Shown here: in pieces, positions 37,101-49,097 of the stretch
Numbering within the stretch: the first letter of the stretch is position 1
Layout of the letters: every line of letters starts with the position of its first letter
Assembly (NCBI GenBank): GCA_010093605.1
Contig: MU004195.1
Location: 1,379,566 to 1,443,565, forward strand
Direction of reading: 5' to 3'
From: Lophium mytilinum
Lineage: Eukaryota
Length of the DNA: 64,000 nt
The notes under the pieces: model-generated
What the model was told of the DNA's origin: nothing
Database searches by the model: none
Seen by the model: only the letters and a program-made list of their open reading frames with translations
Position numbers and translations under genes: made by a program

Positions 37101-37230
37101 AGCGATTGAGAGCAATTGAACTAATAGAGTAGCAAGTATGAATTGTAAGTAAGTCGGCAAGCATTCCATCTCGTCTTTTAAATATGAATTTCCTAATCAG
37201 ATCCATCGTCACATATTCTCAGATCAATTG
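34160..37230. promoter_or_regulatory. Long upstream region of the SWIRM gene with a CAATTG/CAATGG motif cluster
   Basis: About 3.5 kb without a credible gene; 12 CAATTG and 11 CAATGG/CCATTG counted by eye. Confidence 0.65.
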
Positions 37231-37421
37231 GAAGAAATACTTGATTTGCAGTACTAGAAAACTACCCTTTCACACTCTCTTACCCTTAGCAGGGAGATTC
37301 CAACTTGCCATTATGATTCGGAATAAGATGTCAATTCAGCGCTTTGGCGATGTGTAGATTCGCAGGGTAAGATATGAACTGCTATTATATCATGCTGGTC
37401 AAGAGCCTCGCCCAGCAACAC

Positions 37422-39738
37422 CTACTTATACAGCACGCCATCCTGTGGCTCTTCCACACTTCCCGCAGAGAATCCGCACTGCGCAAGCCCTCCATTCTTG
37501 ACTCCCGTCACACCCCACTGCACCCGCTTCAGCGCCGCCTCCTCCTCACCCCCAGCTCCATGACACGCCGCCGCAATCGCAACACTACAACCCCCCGCAA
37601 CCGGCATCCCCGTCCCAAACCGCCTCAGCCCCAGCACCAGAACCCACCCCACAAGCGCCACTCCCACCAGCACCGTACACAGTATCCCCACGGGCGACCA
37701 CCCACACGTCATCTGATCATTATAAACATCATGCCTCAACCTCCCCCCATCATCCCCATCACTCTCCCTAAACGCATACCCCTCAATCACGACTAGAAAC
37801 AAACTCTGCGACACCAGCCAATGCAGCACCCCCGACGCCGCCATCAGCGGCATCGCAACCCGATACGGCAGGCTTAGGAAATACGTGCTCCGCTGCTCCC
37901 CCCGCGGCGTCGACACGCGCAGCCCCTTGCGGGCGCGCGCGTAGCGGCTCCATTCGTATGCGTTGTACATGGCGGTCGCGAGGCCGTTGAGGGTGAAGTA
38001 GAGGAGGGAGAGGATGAGTTGGGGCGTGTTGGCGACGAGGACGTTGCTCATGAGTCCCGATACGCCGCGTGAGGGGATGTTCCAGAGGATGAAGGTGAGG
38101 GGGGTGACGGCGCCGAGGCCGAGGTTGAGGAGGGCGCGGGTGGAGAGGTGGGAGAGGGATTGGATGTAGGGGATGAAGTGGATGAGGAGGGCGGCGCAGG
38201 TGGAGAGGGCGGCGATGTACCTTCGAGGTTGTCGGTTAGTTTGGTTTCGTTGAAGGAAAGGAGGTTTAGGGGAGGGCGCACATTGATATGCAGACGATCC
38301 ACCGCGTCTTGCTCGCTGCGGCGAACCATCTCCGTCGCTCAGCCCTGTACACAGGGTTGTGAGTCCAATTTCCACTTTTCCCCTTAACTACATCGTCTTT
38401 GGCTAGCAAGCTCATCCCCTCAGTCGCCGCGTCAGGCCGATCGAGAAACGAAGCAATCGCATCGCCAACCGTCATCAACGGCGTGTTAAGGCCGCTGAGA
38501 ACCAAATATGCAAATATGATAACTTTGGCTAAGTTCAACACGGTCACGATGATGCCGAGCTGGAAGCTAAACTGCAGCTTGCAGTGCTCCGGCACCGTCT
38601 CGCTCAGGCAGTATAGCACGGGGTAGTCGGCTTCGAACGGCTGCCATCCAGACGCATTTGCTTTGATAGCGTCTAGTCTACTCTCGCAAGGTGTGTAGTC
38701 CTTGCTCCGACAACTGGAGCCGTCTTGCTGGCAGATCCAGGGGTATTTCTCGTTGGGACGGTTGCATCCAGCTTCTTCATTTTGGCTGGCTGTCATCTGT
38801 AGAATGGCTGCTGGTGAAGAGTCTCGGGGGTTCGAGGTCGTGTTGACGACTAATAGGAGGGTATTTCTGTCCGTGACGAAGTTTTGGCCGTACGCGGTGA
38901 TGCAGTCGGCTGGGGAGAGCCGTTGAAGAGAGCCATTGTTGGCGTTGGCGAGCGTGTGGAGGCGTTTCCCAGAACAGTTTCCCAGCGTCGTAGCTGCGTC
39001 TTCGCCGCCGCAGTACGGATCTGTGTAGTTGAATGAACCGGCCACGAAGGCAGGGTTGACGGTGAAGATTTGATATTCGTTCGCCGCGATGGAGGAGAAG
39101 ATCACGGAGTTGTAGCTGAGAAGGGAAGGTCAGCATGCTGCATCAGTCCATGTATCTTCTCTGATATCTCCAAGCATTTGAACAGAGGGCTAGAGTCTTT
39201 CTATAAAACTCGAGAAGGATGAAGTAGAGGAATGTCTTAATGCGAATACTCACAAGAGATGCAACGGCAAACTCGTTACTCCCAACAATCCCCAAAGCAC
39301 CACCTTCCTCCTTCCTACTCCCCTCAAGTTTCTCAGGCTCAATACCCCCACATCCATCCACCCACCCTTCACATGCGTTTTATCAAGCTCTCCTCTCGTC
39401 GGCGCGACTAAACACTGCATCGCGTAGTTACTCGCACCAAGCAGGGCAGTGCTGAACACATTTATGAGGACGTGGACGCCGACGTTCAGCGTCCGTGTCT
39501 CGCTGCAGGCGCCATCGTAGAGCGTTTGGCGGCCGTCAGCAGCGTACCCCTGCTTAGCAACGGTAATGACAGTGAAGAGGAAGTTAAGGAGGAAGATGAG
39601 GAAGCTGAGAATTGCGGCGCTTAGGATGCCTACGGGCCATCCGGTGCGCGTGTGGTGCCATGACTTTTGGGACAAGGAAGGGTCTGTATGATCTGAATCG
39701 TCTATGACATGCGAATAGGCGGTTGACTCAGAGTGCAT
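37422..39738 (-). CDS. Fungal multi-pass membrane protein, DUF6536-like, ~705 aa
   Basis: Exons 39738-39254, 39115-38282, 38220-37422. LINVFSTALLGASNYAMQCLVAPTR, WMDVGVLSLRNL, SLPLHLFYNS, PLMTVGDAIASFL, ANTPQLILS, LRVSTPRGEQRSTYFLSLP, LHWLVSQSLF. Confidence 0.8.
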
Positions 39739-40456
39739 TGTTCGAGCAAGTAGAGGCAATGATCACTAGGGAGCACTACATAAAAACGAACAGACGTATA
39801 GGCACTGAGGAGGAATGTAGGGAAACGGAAAACATGCTTACCGGCATTTTGGGGGTTGCTTGCCGTTTTACTGCTGTTAATCATGGGTATGTAACATGGG
39901 GGCTGTGACATCCTGCGCCACTGTACTTATTGGATAACACCTGGGCATCGATACTACTGTAAAGCCTAGGCAGTAATCCGGCCGATCTACAGGCCGTTGC
40001 AGCGCCAAGCTACTATACACATAAGATTGACGAGGGCAGACAGGAGAAATTCGAGAAATTGAGAGCAAGGGAAGTAGAGAAGAGAGTAAAGACGAAGATT
40101 GAACGTGGAGTGCCTGGTCAAAGCTTTGAATTGCTCAGCCACTTTCTTCTCACAATGTATTCCAGAAATCCGTACAACATGAAAATCTCCTAGCTTGTCG
40201 AGCCTAGAATCATTAGTCTTTCTCCTACAGTGCGAGACCTTTTGTATCTCACCCAAGAATGACGTGAAATGAATTACCCAAAGGAGGTCGTTACCACGTG
40301 CTTCCCCAGATCGATCGCCGTTAGCTTCCGATCTGAAGATTGAAGCTTGACCTCAAATCCAACCTCGACGACATTCAAAATCTCCGCACCTCACGCGTCC
40401 AAACAGCCCCCAAGCGAACCGCTCACATCCAGCATGCCCCGCCCACAGCAATCCCA

Positions 40457-41296
40457 ATGCCAGCTCCACCTCCAACCCCCCGCGCCCTCCTGAAGGACCT
40501 GCTCGCCAGCATCCCCGCATCGTCTTCCGCAGCCTCTACCCCACTCCCAATAGCCGCAAAGCCGCTACTCTTAACTCTACATGTGCTCTTCCCGACTGAG
40601 TTCCTACCCGCCCTCGACCTCCTCGACCGAGGCCTTGTGACGCGCTTCAGGATCCGCGAAGACGACGTTGCTAGCACTATGCCTCATGGACACCGCAATC
40701 CTAGAAAAACCGACGGCGGCACAGGACCACGAGCACCAGGCCTAGAGCTCGTCACGTCACGGAAAGCGCCGGGCGAAGGCGCAGCCATCATCCCACTACA
40801 AGATGAGGACACAGAGATGCTGGAGGCGGCTGCTCCGCCCTCCCACACAGTTCAGCAGGAGGAAGGCATAGAAGGAAGAGCTGCACAGGAGCACGATTGC
40901 GCATGGCCTATATACCATGTCCGCTCTGCTCAGCAACCCCGCACCTCGCGCTTTAGCTCCTCCGTAGACACGACTACGTCTTACGAGGTCCGACTTAGTG
41001 CGTGGAATTGCTCGTGTCCGGCGTTTGCGTTTGCGGCGTTCCCGTCTGGGGCCGGTTCTGGGCAGGGTGTTGAAGGTGGAGGATGGGGAAATGGGCATGG
41101 TGGGGTAGAGGCAGGAGAGGAGGATGACGGGTGGAAGTTTGGTGGGCTGAGTGTGGGGGTTGCGACGCCGCCTGTGTGCAAGCATCTGCTGGCGTGTGTG
41201 CTGGTCGAGAGATGCGGGCTGTTTAAGGAATGCGTGCAGGAGAGGGAAGTTAGTATCGAGGAGGCGGTTGGGTGGGCTGCTGGGTGGGGGGATTGA
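40457..41296 (+). CDS. SWIM zinc-finger protein, possibly Sws1/Shu-complex-like
   Basis: First in-frame ATG at 40457. LLTLHVLFPTEFLPALDLLDRGLV; YEVRLSAWNCSCPAF...VCKHLLAC gives CxC-x(n)-CxH. Confidence 0.8.
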   Translation: MPAPPPTPRALLKDLLASIPASSSAASTPLPIAAKPLLLTLHVLFPTEFLPALDLLDRGLVTRFRIREDDVASTMPHGHRNPRKTDGGTGPRAPGLELVTSRKAPGEGAAIIPLQDEDTEMLEAAAPPSHTVQQEEGIEGRAAQEHDCAWPIYHVRSAQQPRTSRFSSSVDTTTSYEVRLSAWNCSCPAFAFAAFPSGAGSGQGVEGGGWGNGHGGVEAGEEDDGWKFGGLSVGVATPPVCKHLLACVLVERCGLFKECVQEREVSIEEAVGWAAGWGD

Positions 41297-41556
41297 AATG
41301 AAGAATCGACTTTCAAATATCATATGAAGCATGATGCATATGTGATATTTATTGTCCGTACTCCATGGATCAAGAGCATGAACGTGCCGTCGTTTCGATT
41401 GGATGTCTATGCCATGCCATGTGCAGATTATATAGTTTGCAGACTTGATCGCACACCGACCAGATCTACGAACCTATCCATGCGTCAGCCATTCCAACCA
41501 GCGCCAAAAGTGTGGTATAATACACTTCGATGCAGCCAACCCTGCGGGATCTTCTA

Positions 41557-42826
41557 TCAGCCCTTCTTTTTATCTGCCTCCTTGCCTTTCTCGCCCTTCT
41601 CTCCCTCCTTGGCCTCACCGTTCGCCACCCCGTTCTCCTTTTTCTTCTCCACCTCTTTCCCCTCCTCCTTCGCTTTCTCCTTCTCTTCCGCCTGTTGCCT
41701 GTTCTGAATCTTGTTATCGATCAGATCGTGGAACGCAGTTATCGCTCTAATCAAACTTGACAAGTAGATCGCCATCAGTTGGTCATTCGTCTTGATACTC
41801 ATCGCGCGCGCCAGTTCCGAATTATCTGAGACACCAGCGGCGGGACCTACGCCATTGGTCGCGCCGCCAATTTCCTTCGCTTTCGGTGTCGAGAGGTTCG
41901 GTAGTAGATTGAAGACGTCCTGCAGGTTGCCCAGGATAGCGTGATTGACGGGCAGATCGCCGTCGAGGACTTTCTGGAGGTATGTGCCGATGTCGCGTAG
42001 GCGGAGATGCAGCCCTTGGAGCGATTGCAGCTGGGATGTGATGCGGGTGGAGAGGGTGCCGACGGCGACGTCGCGGATGTCGCGAAGGAGGTGCTCTACG
42101 CCGATTTCCTCGGCCTCTTCGGCTTCGATTATCGAGGGGGTGTGCACGAAGGTTTTGGAGGTGGTTGTGCCGTCCTAAAATCGTTGCGCAGTCAGCATTC
42201 TGAAAGTATTATTCCAGCAATGTCCTCTCTCTGGTATATGGAAGAAGGTCCAGAGAAGAAAATGCAATGAGACTCACATCCTTGATCTCTTCCACCGCGA
42301 AATACGCATCTGTTGGCACGCCCACTTCCTTCGGCTGCACGTCGATAATTACCAGTAACGGGTTCGGCGTGTATCGCTTGAACAGTTCGTTGATCTCCAG
42401 ATCCGACGCTCGTAGCTTAGGCCCCGTGTGATACCATCCGATGAGCTTCTCCCGCGCGTTCACCTTCTTGAACATGTCGTTCATGGACTCGACGTAGTTG
42501 TGGTCTAGGAACCATACTGAGGGGTCCTTCTCGTCTTCTTCGAAAGGAACTGAATATTACCATTAGCCAAAGCTCAGCAATAAACGCCGCAACCTCAGAC
42601 CCGTAGACTGAGATTTAGGTAGCAGCCGCCACGTAGACATACCAGCGAAGCTGTTCGACACTCTCACGTTCTTGCCGTCATTTTGCCCTAGTAGCACACC
42701 GACTACTCGTTTCCGCGTGCCCTTTGCTTGTCGTCCGTAGTGGTCTGCGGCGGAAAGGAGGACGAGAGGCGCAACGGATACGTTCCGTGTGACCAGCGAT
42801 AATGTCTCCGCTGTGGTGGCAGGCAT
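41557..42826 (-). CDS. RPN8: 26S proteasome lid subunit Rpn8, 357 aa
   Basis: Exons 42826-42643, 42549-42278, 42174-41557. [68 protein letters not shown]. Confidence 0.97.
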
Positions 42827-43473
42827 CGCTGCGGCTGTGTGGGAGGCGAGGAGCAGGAGGGGATGAGGCTGTTGGATGGGCAGTAAAGGCTCAACGACTG
42901 TACTGGGGCGACGAGGAGAGAACGATGGAAGGCGGTGGTTGTGGATGTCTCGTTGAAGCTTCGCGGAGCTTGAGTGCACGAGCCACTTTTCGTGGGCTGT
43001 CACGTGGCTGTTTCACGAGTGAATGGTCCGCGTTCCAATCGGGTCTGCAATATACCTTCATAATCACTGGAATATGCTAGACATCGCAGGAGATAACTTG
43101 AATATGCATCAAGTTTGTCAAGCGCATAGTATCCCCCGACATACTCTAAACCTGCGTTCTTCAAAAGCACTTTACGCCCGCTACTTCTCGCAAATTTTGA
43201 TGGTGCAGATGATTACAGTCATCCGTTCGCAATTTCTTTCAACCCCCAGATATCCTGCAAAGGCATATATGAGGGCTCGAGGCGAATGCATGTCTAATTG
43301 CGATCGTGAGTCACTCATCACACCTCTCCCGTGTCACAGATCAGGGCAATTTCCGAATCAATCATGATCGATTTTCTATGCCGTAGTGGTCGTTCAGAAC
43401 ATTCCAGTTAAGCAAAAGGCAATCCCCAGTAAGGACATGTGTTGAACTCTCCATCTCACTTCCATCATCCCGA

Positions 43474-44847
43474 TCAGTTGCCCCTTAGCTCTTCCCATCT
43501 CGAGCGGTCAACGTCCTTCCCGATTGGACCAGAAGATATGAAGATCCCATCTAGGCGTTGATGCCATTCCCACTTCCCCTTCCTCTCACCTAAAGGTTCA
43601 GATAGCTCTTTCAAGTACCACGCCGTCGCTTCGTCGTATCCCTTTCCGTCGAGATGGCCTACCAAGAAAGTCAAGAACTCCTGGCTCTCCGAGGGAAGTC
43701 CCAAGTCAACCTCCTCAGACCATAGCAGATTCAACAACTCAGTCGCAGGACTTAGGGGATTTCCACCAAACTGGTAGACTGTGTGGTTGCGAACAATGTC
43801 TATCCCTTGCTCAATGGCCCAGCGCCAGAATGAATAGATTTCTTGCAGTTGTCCGTGGGATCTGAAGACGCTACGGCCGTTGTACCACCTCATCATTGGT
43901 TGCTCCGCAGCATTGAACCCATCAATTCGCTCTGCATGAACATTGGCACCTCGACTAGCCAGAAATCTGGCGATGTCCCAGGAGTGCGATTCCACTGCCA
44001 ACAAGAATGCGGTGTAGCTATCGTGATTTTCCTTGTTTATGGGCGTTCCGGCGTCGATAATAAGGCCTAGGAACTCAATAGCGGTGTTCTCGTCTCTTAC
44101 ATACGCTATGCTTGAGTCGAAGCATCTGTGTAGCAAAGTCTGTCCGTATGATTCGTTCAGTGGGTCGACGCCGTAGGTGAAGCATAGCCTCAGGAGCTCA
44201 GGTTTCCAGGAACGCAGGACCAGGTTGAGGAGGGGATGCATTATATCATGGGCCTCAATCTCCATCTCAAAGTTCGCATCTCCGCCATTGAGAAAGAGTA
44301 GCTCAGTAACCTTGAGAATTTGATGCACAGAAAGCCGAGAAAAGTCGGCGCGGTCGCTCGTGCTGGCTTCGATGAAGAAGTAAGTGAGGTTGTTCATCAA
44401 TCCTTCGTAGCCGGGCCAAGTTCTCGGCTTTCCCTCGATGTGCTTCAGGAGGAGAACAAGCACGTCTGCCAAGGCTGCTGCTTCGAAGGGTTCTTTGATT
44501 GACAAAGTCTCCCAAGGTACTACCATCGGGGCATGACAGTAGTCGCAGACGTCCTTGTAGCAAGATAGCACAACGGCCAATGGTTCCCACTTAGTGCCAT
44601 CGACCCAGTCGTCGGCCTTATGGGACAGTAAGTAGTGAGCTTTGATGAGATCCCGAGTCAAGACTGCCGCTTGCAGGGCCGATACTCCCCCCACTTCTGC
44701 AATGGCTAGTTTGTGGAGCTCTTGCTGGAGGACCTCATGATGGTACTTCTGAGTCCGTATCAAGGAACTCAGTTCGCTCGGTTTCAGGTATTCGGCGATC
44801 TCAAGTGTAAGCTCCGCTGGGAGCGAGCCAAGCAAGTTTGGTGGCAT
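43474..44847 (-). CDS. F-box-like + ankyrin-repeat protein
   Basis: Intronless 457 aa. LGSLPAELTLEIAEYL...LSSLIRT; ankyrin-like YGQTLLH, TAFLLAVESHSWDIARFLASRGANVH, LFLNGGDAN. Confidence 0.75.
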   Translation of the reverse strand: MPPNLLGSLPAELTLEIAEYLKPSELSSLIRTQKYHHEVLQQELHKLAIAEVGGVSALQAAVLTRDLIKAHYLLSHKADDWVDGTKWEPLAVVLSCYKDVCDYCHAPMVVPWETLSIKEPFEAAALADVLVLLLKHIEGKPRTWPGYEGLMNNLTYFFIEASTSDRADFSRLSVHQILKVTELLFLNGGDANFEMEIEAHDIMHPLLNLVLRSWKPELLRLCFTYGVDPLNESYGQTLLHRCFDSSIAYVRDENTAIEFLGLIIDAGTPINKENHDSYTAFLLAVESHSWDIARFLASRGANVHAERIDGFNAAEQPMMRWYNGRSVFRSHGQLQEIYSFWRWAIEQGIDIVRNHTVYQFGGNPLSPATELLNLLWSEEVDLGLPSESQEFLTFLVGHLDGKGYDEATAWYLKELSEPLGERKGKWEWHQRLDGIFISSGPIGKDVDRSRWEELRGN

Positions 44848-45128
44848 TGTTGGCGATTGGGGGAGGGTGTTGTCTTGTGAGGTGATGTTGGTGTAGTAGA
44901 AGGAGTCGCATTTCTGTCATGGCGTGTAGTCGGACACACCACGGTCTTCGCCCGCCACCTTCACCTAGAATCTTCCCCGCCTCGAAGCGGCTCGTTACGC
45001 AATGAGCACTGACCCTTCACTTGCAACCAACCTTTTTAAGCTCCCATTAGATCTCCCACCTTGCTCACTTTTGCAAACACCACAAACACCACAAACCCTG
45101 CAAACACCACAACAAACACACCGCCACC

Positions 45129-46312
45129 ATGGTCCGATATGGGTCCGTGGAGGTGATGGTGTACCAGCCGCAGGTCCCCGATCCTAACCAAGCTCAGACG
45201 AGTGACTCTCCTGATGAATCGGATGACAGGTCGTGGGTCCAGGCGCCTGAGCGCCTCGTCAGCGTCTTGGTGCGTGGAGAAGAGGCGAATGTTGAAGTAC
45301 ACGACGGCCACTTCGGGCTCAAGCTCATATGGCATAACTACCGCCATCAGAGTGCTCACATGTAAGTTTACTCCAAAACTCTCAGCGTCCGGACCAGTTA
45401 GAAGAAGGAGGCTAACAATTGCTGCTTACTAGATACGTTACTATCGACGGCCGCACTTTCGATTTGTGGAACGATATGGATATTGCGAACTACGGAGTTC
45501 GCTTTTGGCAATCCCCGATGATGAAAGGACTACAGTACTACAAAGCTCGAAACAAACCATGTATTCGACAGTTCAACTTCGCTCCGATCACCAAGTCCAG
45601 TCTGGATAACACCAACTGGGAAGGCTACGATCAGGGCGGCACAATCACCATCAAGGTCTTCCGCGCAAAGCTGAAGGCGTTAGAAAAGCCACGCAGCCTG
45701 AACTTTACAAAAGCGGAGCATCGTTCGTGGGACGACGTTCCTAGTGTGAGCGCGGTGGACGTAGAGAGAGAATATATCAGCCATCTGGTCACTCTTGATC
45801 CAGAGGAACTGATTCAGGGACCGCCTGGAGGAGGGATGAAGATGAGCTATAAGGGCCGGCATTTCGCACCTGTTGATATCAAAGAGCCAGACGGGAAACC
45901 ATATCGGACTTTCAAGATCAATTACCGTTCTCCAGGTATGTGTGCCATGATGTCATAAGTATTTGGGCCTTTTACTGACAAATTTTTTGCAGCCGCTCTT
46001 CAGGAGGACTATATCACACCGATCGAGATGCCTCATGCTGAGATCAAGTGCTGGGAGAAGGACGAGCGTGACAAGGAGTTGAAGTACCTCAGAACCGAAA
46101 TCAACAGGTTCAAGCAGCTCCTGGATGGCGTATACGAGGACCAAATTTTGGTTGAGCAATACGGAGGAGGCCCTGAGCTCGATGAGCCCATCGAGGTAGC
46201 TGAAAAGGCCTTGGATCGGTTCGAGCAAAGGTACGAGAAACTGAAGTTCGAGAGACCGGCCGGCAAGAAAAGCAAAAAGCGAAAGGCTGATGCTTTTCAT
46301 TCCACTCCTTGA
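45129..46312 (+). CDS. Hypothetical fungal protein, 351 aa, possibly DUF7918-like
   Basis: CACCATGG start; exons 45129-45361, 45433-45935, 45993-46312 splice in frame. YVTIDG, FNFAPI, GTITIKVFR, TFKINYRS, C-terminal coiled coil and KKSKKRK. Confidence 0.7.
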
Positions 46313-47013
46313 ATATCATGAGATTCGTGTTGGAAAGGCGATACCCTTGATATCGAGATGATAGGTTGCTCATTCTTGGAATGGGTAGATAGGATCAATA
46401 CTCTCTCTATGCCTGTGTTCGCTTGCCTACGACCGCTTGAAATCCTCTCGTACACGACCAGAGACTATAAAGCGACAATTTTGACCATATTGATAGCTTT
46501 TGGGCTGCCTCAGATGATATGGTGTTGGACTGCTACGTACCTTCAACAGTACCTGGTAGATCCTGCATCAAGCGACCTATCTTAGACTCGACTGGCGGCG
46601 ATTTTCCTTCGGATTTCGTTCAAGAAGTCCAGCAGGTTATTGAAATCGTGTACTAGACGGACCAGTCGTCTGGAGATTCTTCAATTGGCGGTTTATTCTT
46701 GGGATGATGTTGTTCCTGGACGACTCAAAGGACGTCGTCGGATTTAGCGCAATACACAGATTTTGCTAGACATCGGGAACTATTGCCTCTTCAGGAGCTC
46801 CCCTCGGCGACATTGCACCGAGACTCCAGTGCATGCTCGGTGCCGCCATCCGTCACCCTCTTGATAAAATGATGAATAGCCTAGGTTCTATGATGGTTTC
46901 TTCTGCATCTCCCTCCCCATTGAAGCTTCCCCAGCCCTTAATTGAAAATCGCATCACCATCATTACCCAACCTCCAGAGCTTAAGAGTGGGGTCCTCCAA
47001 TCCCACCAGTAAC

Positions 47014-48887
47014 ATGGCTAAAGTCTTTGATTACGCAGAAGGTGTGATCCTCTGAAGAGCTTCTGGTTTCCTAGGTACTAATAGTTCTTTACAGTGGCCA
47101 AGCACAATACAGCAGAAAGTTGCTGGGTGATTCTCTACGGCAATGTCTACGATGTCACAGAGTTCATCCCCGACCACCCCGGTGGCTCGAAAGTGATTCT
47201 CCAACTCGCTGGAACCGACGCCACCGAGGAGTACGACCCCATACACCCTCCAGGAATTCTAGAGGAGACTCTGAAGCCTGAAAACAAGCTTGGAACCATC
47301 GATGCCTCCACCCTCCCCTCCTCTGAGAAGTCCCCCGCGCAGGATACACCTGAAGACAGTGGCCCGCCAGACCTAGAGAGCCTGTTGAACCTAGATGAGA
47401 TAGAAGAGGTGGCAACAAAACAGATCAGCCGTAAGGCATGGGCATACTACTATTCCGCCGCCGACGACCTCGCCTCCAAATCCTTCAACAACACAGTCTA
47501 CCGGCAGATTCTGCTCCGGCCACGCGTTTTCGTTGATTGCACCGCCTGCGACACCTCCACAACCCTAGTGGGACACAAAGTTTCTCTCCCAATATACGTC
47601 TCGCCCGCAGCTATGGCACGGCTCGCGCATCCGGACGGCGAGCATGGGATCGCGCAAGCTTGCGGCTTGTTCGGGGCTATGCAACTGATTTCGAACAACG
47701 CTTCGATGACAGCCGAGCAAATAGTGGCAGATGCACAACCCGGGCAACTCTTTGGGTGGCAGCTATACGTGCAGAACGACCGTGCGAAGAGCGAGGCGCA
47801 GCTGGCGAGGATCAAGAAGCTTGATGCTATCAAGTTCATATGTCTGACGCTTGACGCACCGGTTCCAGGAAAGCGAGAAGAAGACGAGCGGAGTAAAAAT
47901 ATTGGAGCTATCCTGCCCGTTAAATCAGCGGTTCAAGGTGGCGAATCTACATCCCAGACCAGCACCTCGCCGCAGACGAACTTCAATCCAGAAATAAAGC
48001 CAGGTGGTATCGGTCAGAGCTTGTTTGCCGGGACTGCAGCAGACTTGACGTGGAAGACTACCCTGACATGGCTTGCGAAGCATACCGATTTGCCAATTCT
48101 TCTAAAGGGGCTACAAACACACGAGGATGCATACCTTGCCAGCTTGCATGCACCGCAGGTGAAGGGTATCATCCTATCGAATCATGGAGGAAGGGCACTG
48201 GACACGGCCCCACCTGCTGTGCATACCCTACTAGAAATCCGAAAGTACTGCCCAGAGGTTTTCAACCGCATCGAAGTCTGGGTAGATGGTGGCATCAAGC
48301 GAGGAACAGATGTCGTCAAGGCGCTGTGTCTGGGTGCGAGAGGAGTTGGTATTGGACGGCCCGCATTGTTTGGGCTTGGAGCCGGAGGAAAGGAGGGCGT
48401 GGCCAGAGTGCTAGAGAGTAAGCATTCTTGTTGCTGTTGTTGCCATAACTCGAACACTCCCTGATGCTGACCTTCTTTAGTCCTTAAGGCGGAGACCGAG
48501 ACCTGTATGCGCCTTCTGGGCGTAGCCAAGGTTGAAGATCTTGGCATGCAATATGTAAGCAACATCTTCTCTTCTGAATCATTTAGTATCGCCCAGGCTC
48601 TACTCTTGCTCGTTCGAAAACACTACTCCGGATTGCAGGAAGTTAGTCAGTCAGAAGGCAGCCTAGTATCCATCGCAATCACTTTGCATTGGGCTCAAAT
48701 CCTTCAAACATTTCGGGCTACCCCAAGCAGTGACATGATGGATATGCCCGGGGTTTCAAGAAAACAATTGTAGAAGCACCGCTAACTATGCCAGATCAAC
48801 ACTCGCTCGGTTGAACGCGACATATACGACGGACCTGCTAGCCTTGAGAAGCCGAGTCTGTGGGAGAAAGCGAGGGCGAAGCTATGA
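47014..48887 (+). CDS. Flavocytochrome b2-like FMN alpha-hydroxy acid dehydrogenase with cytochrome b5 domain and PTS1, 505 aa
   Basis: Exons 47014-47041, 47095-48417, 48481-48554, 48795-48887. HPGG heme motif, [34 protein letters not shown]; ends WEKARAKL. Confidence 0.92.
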
Positions 48888-49097
48888 TAGAGCCAGCGAC
48901 TGTAGACACAAGAGATCTGCGCATCATATCATCCCAAAATTACCCATGATTCCAGCCTAATAATCCACTATCATGCGAAGAAGGTGTTTCCCGACCGCTT
49001 TCGGAACTCCAATGCACTGAAACAAGTTTGATATGTATCATTTGAATTTATTAACAGACTATCGTGTAGCTAGGCTATCCAAACTACCTTCGCCATC

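Noticed and set aside
45074..45120. CAAACACCA repeats before the 45129 start
   Set aside because: Low-complexity CA-rich 5' UTR sequence, common in fungi.
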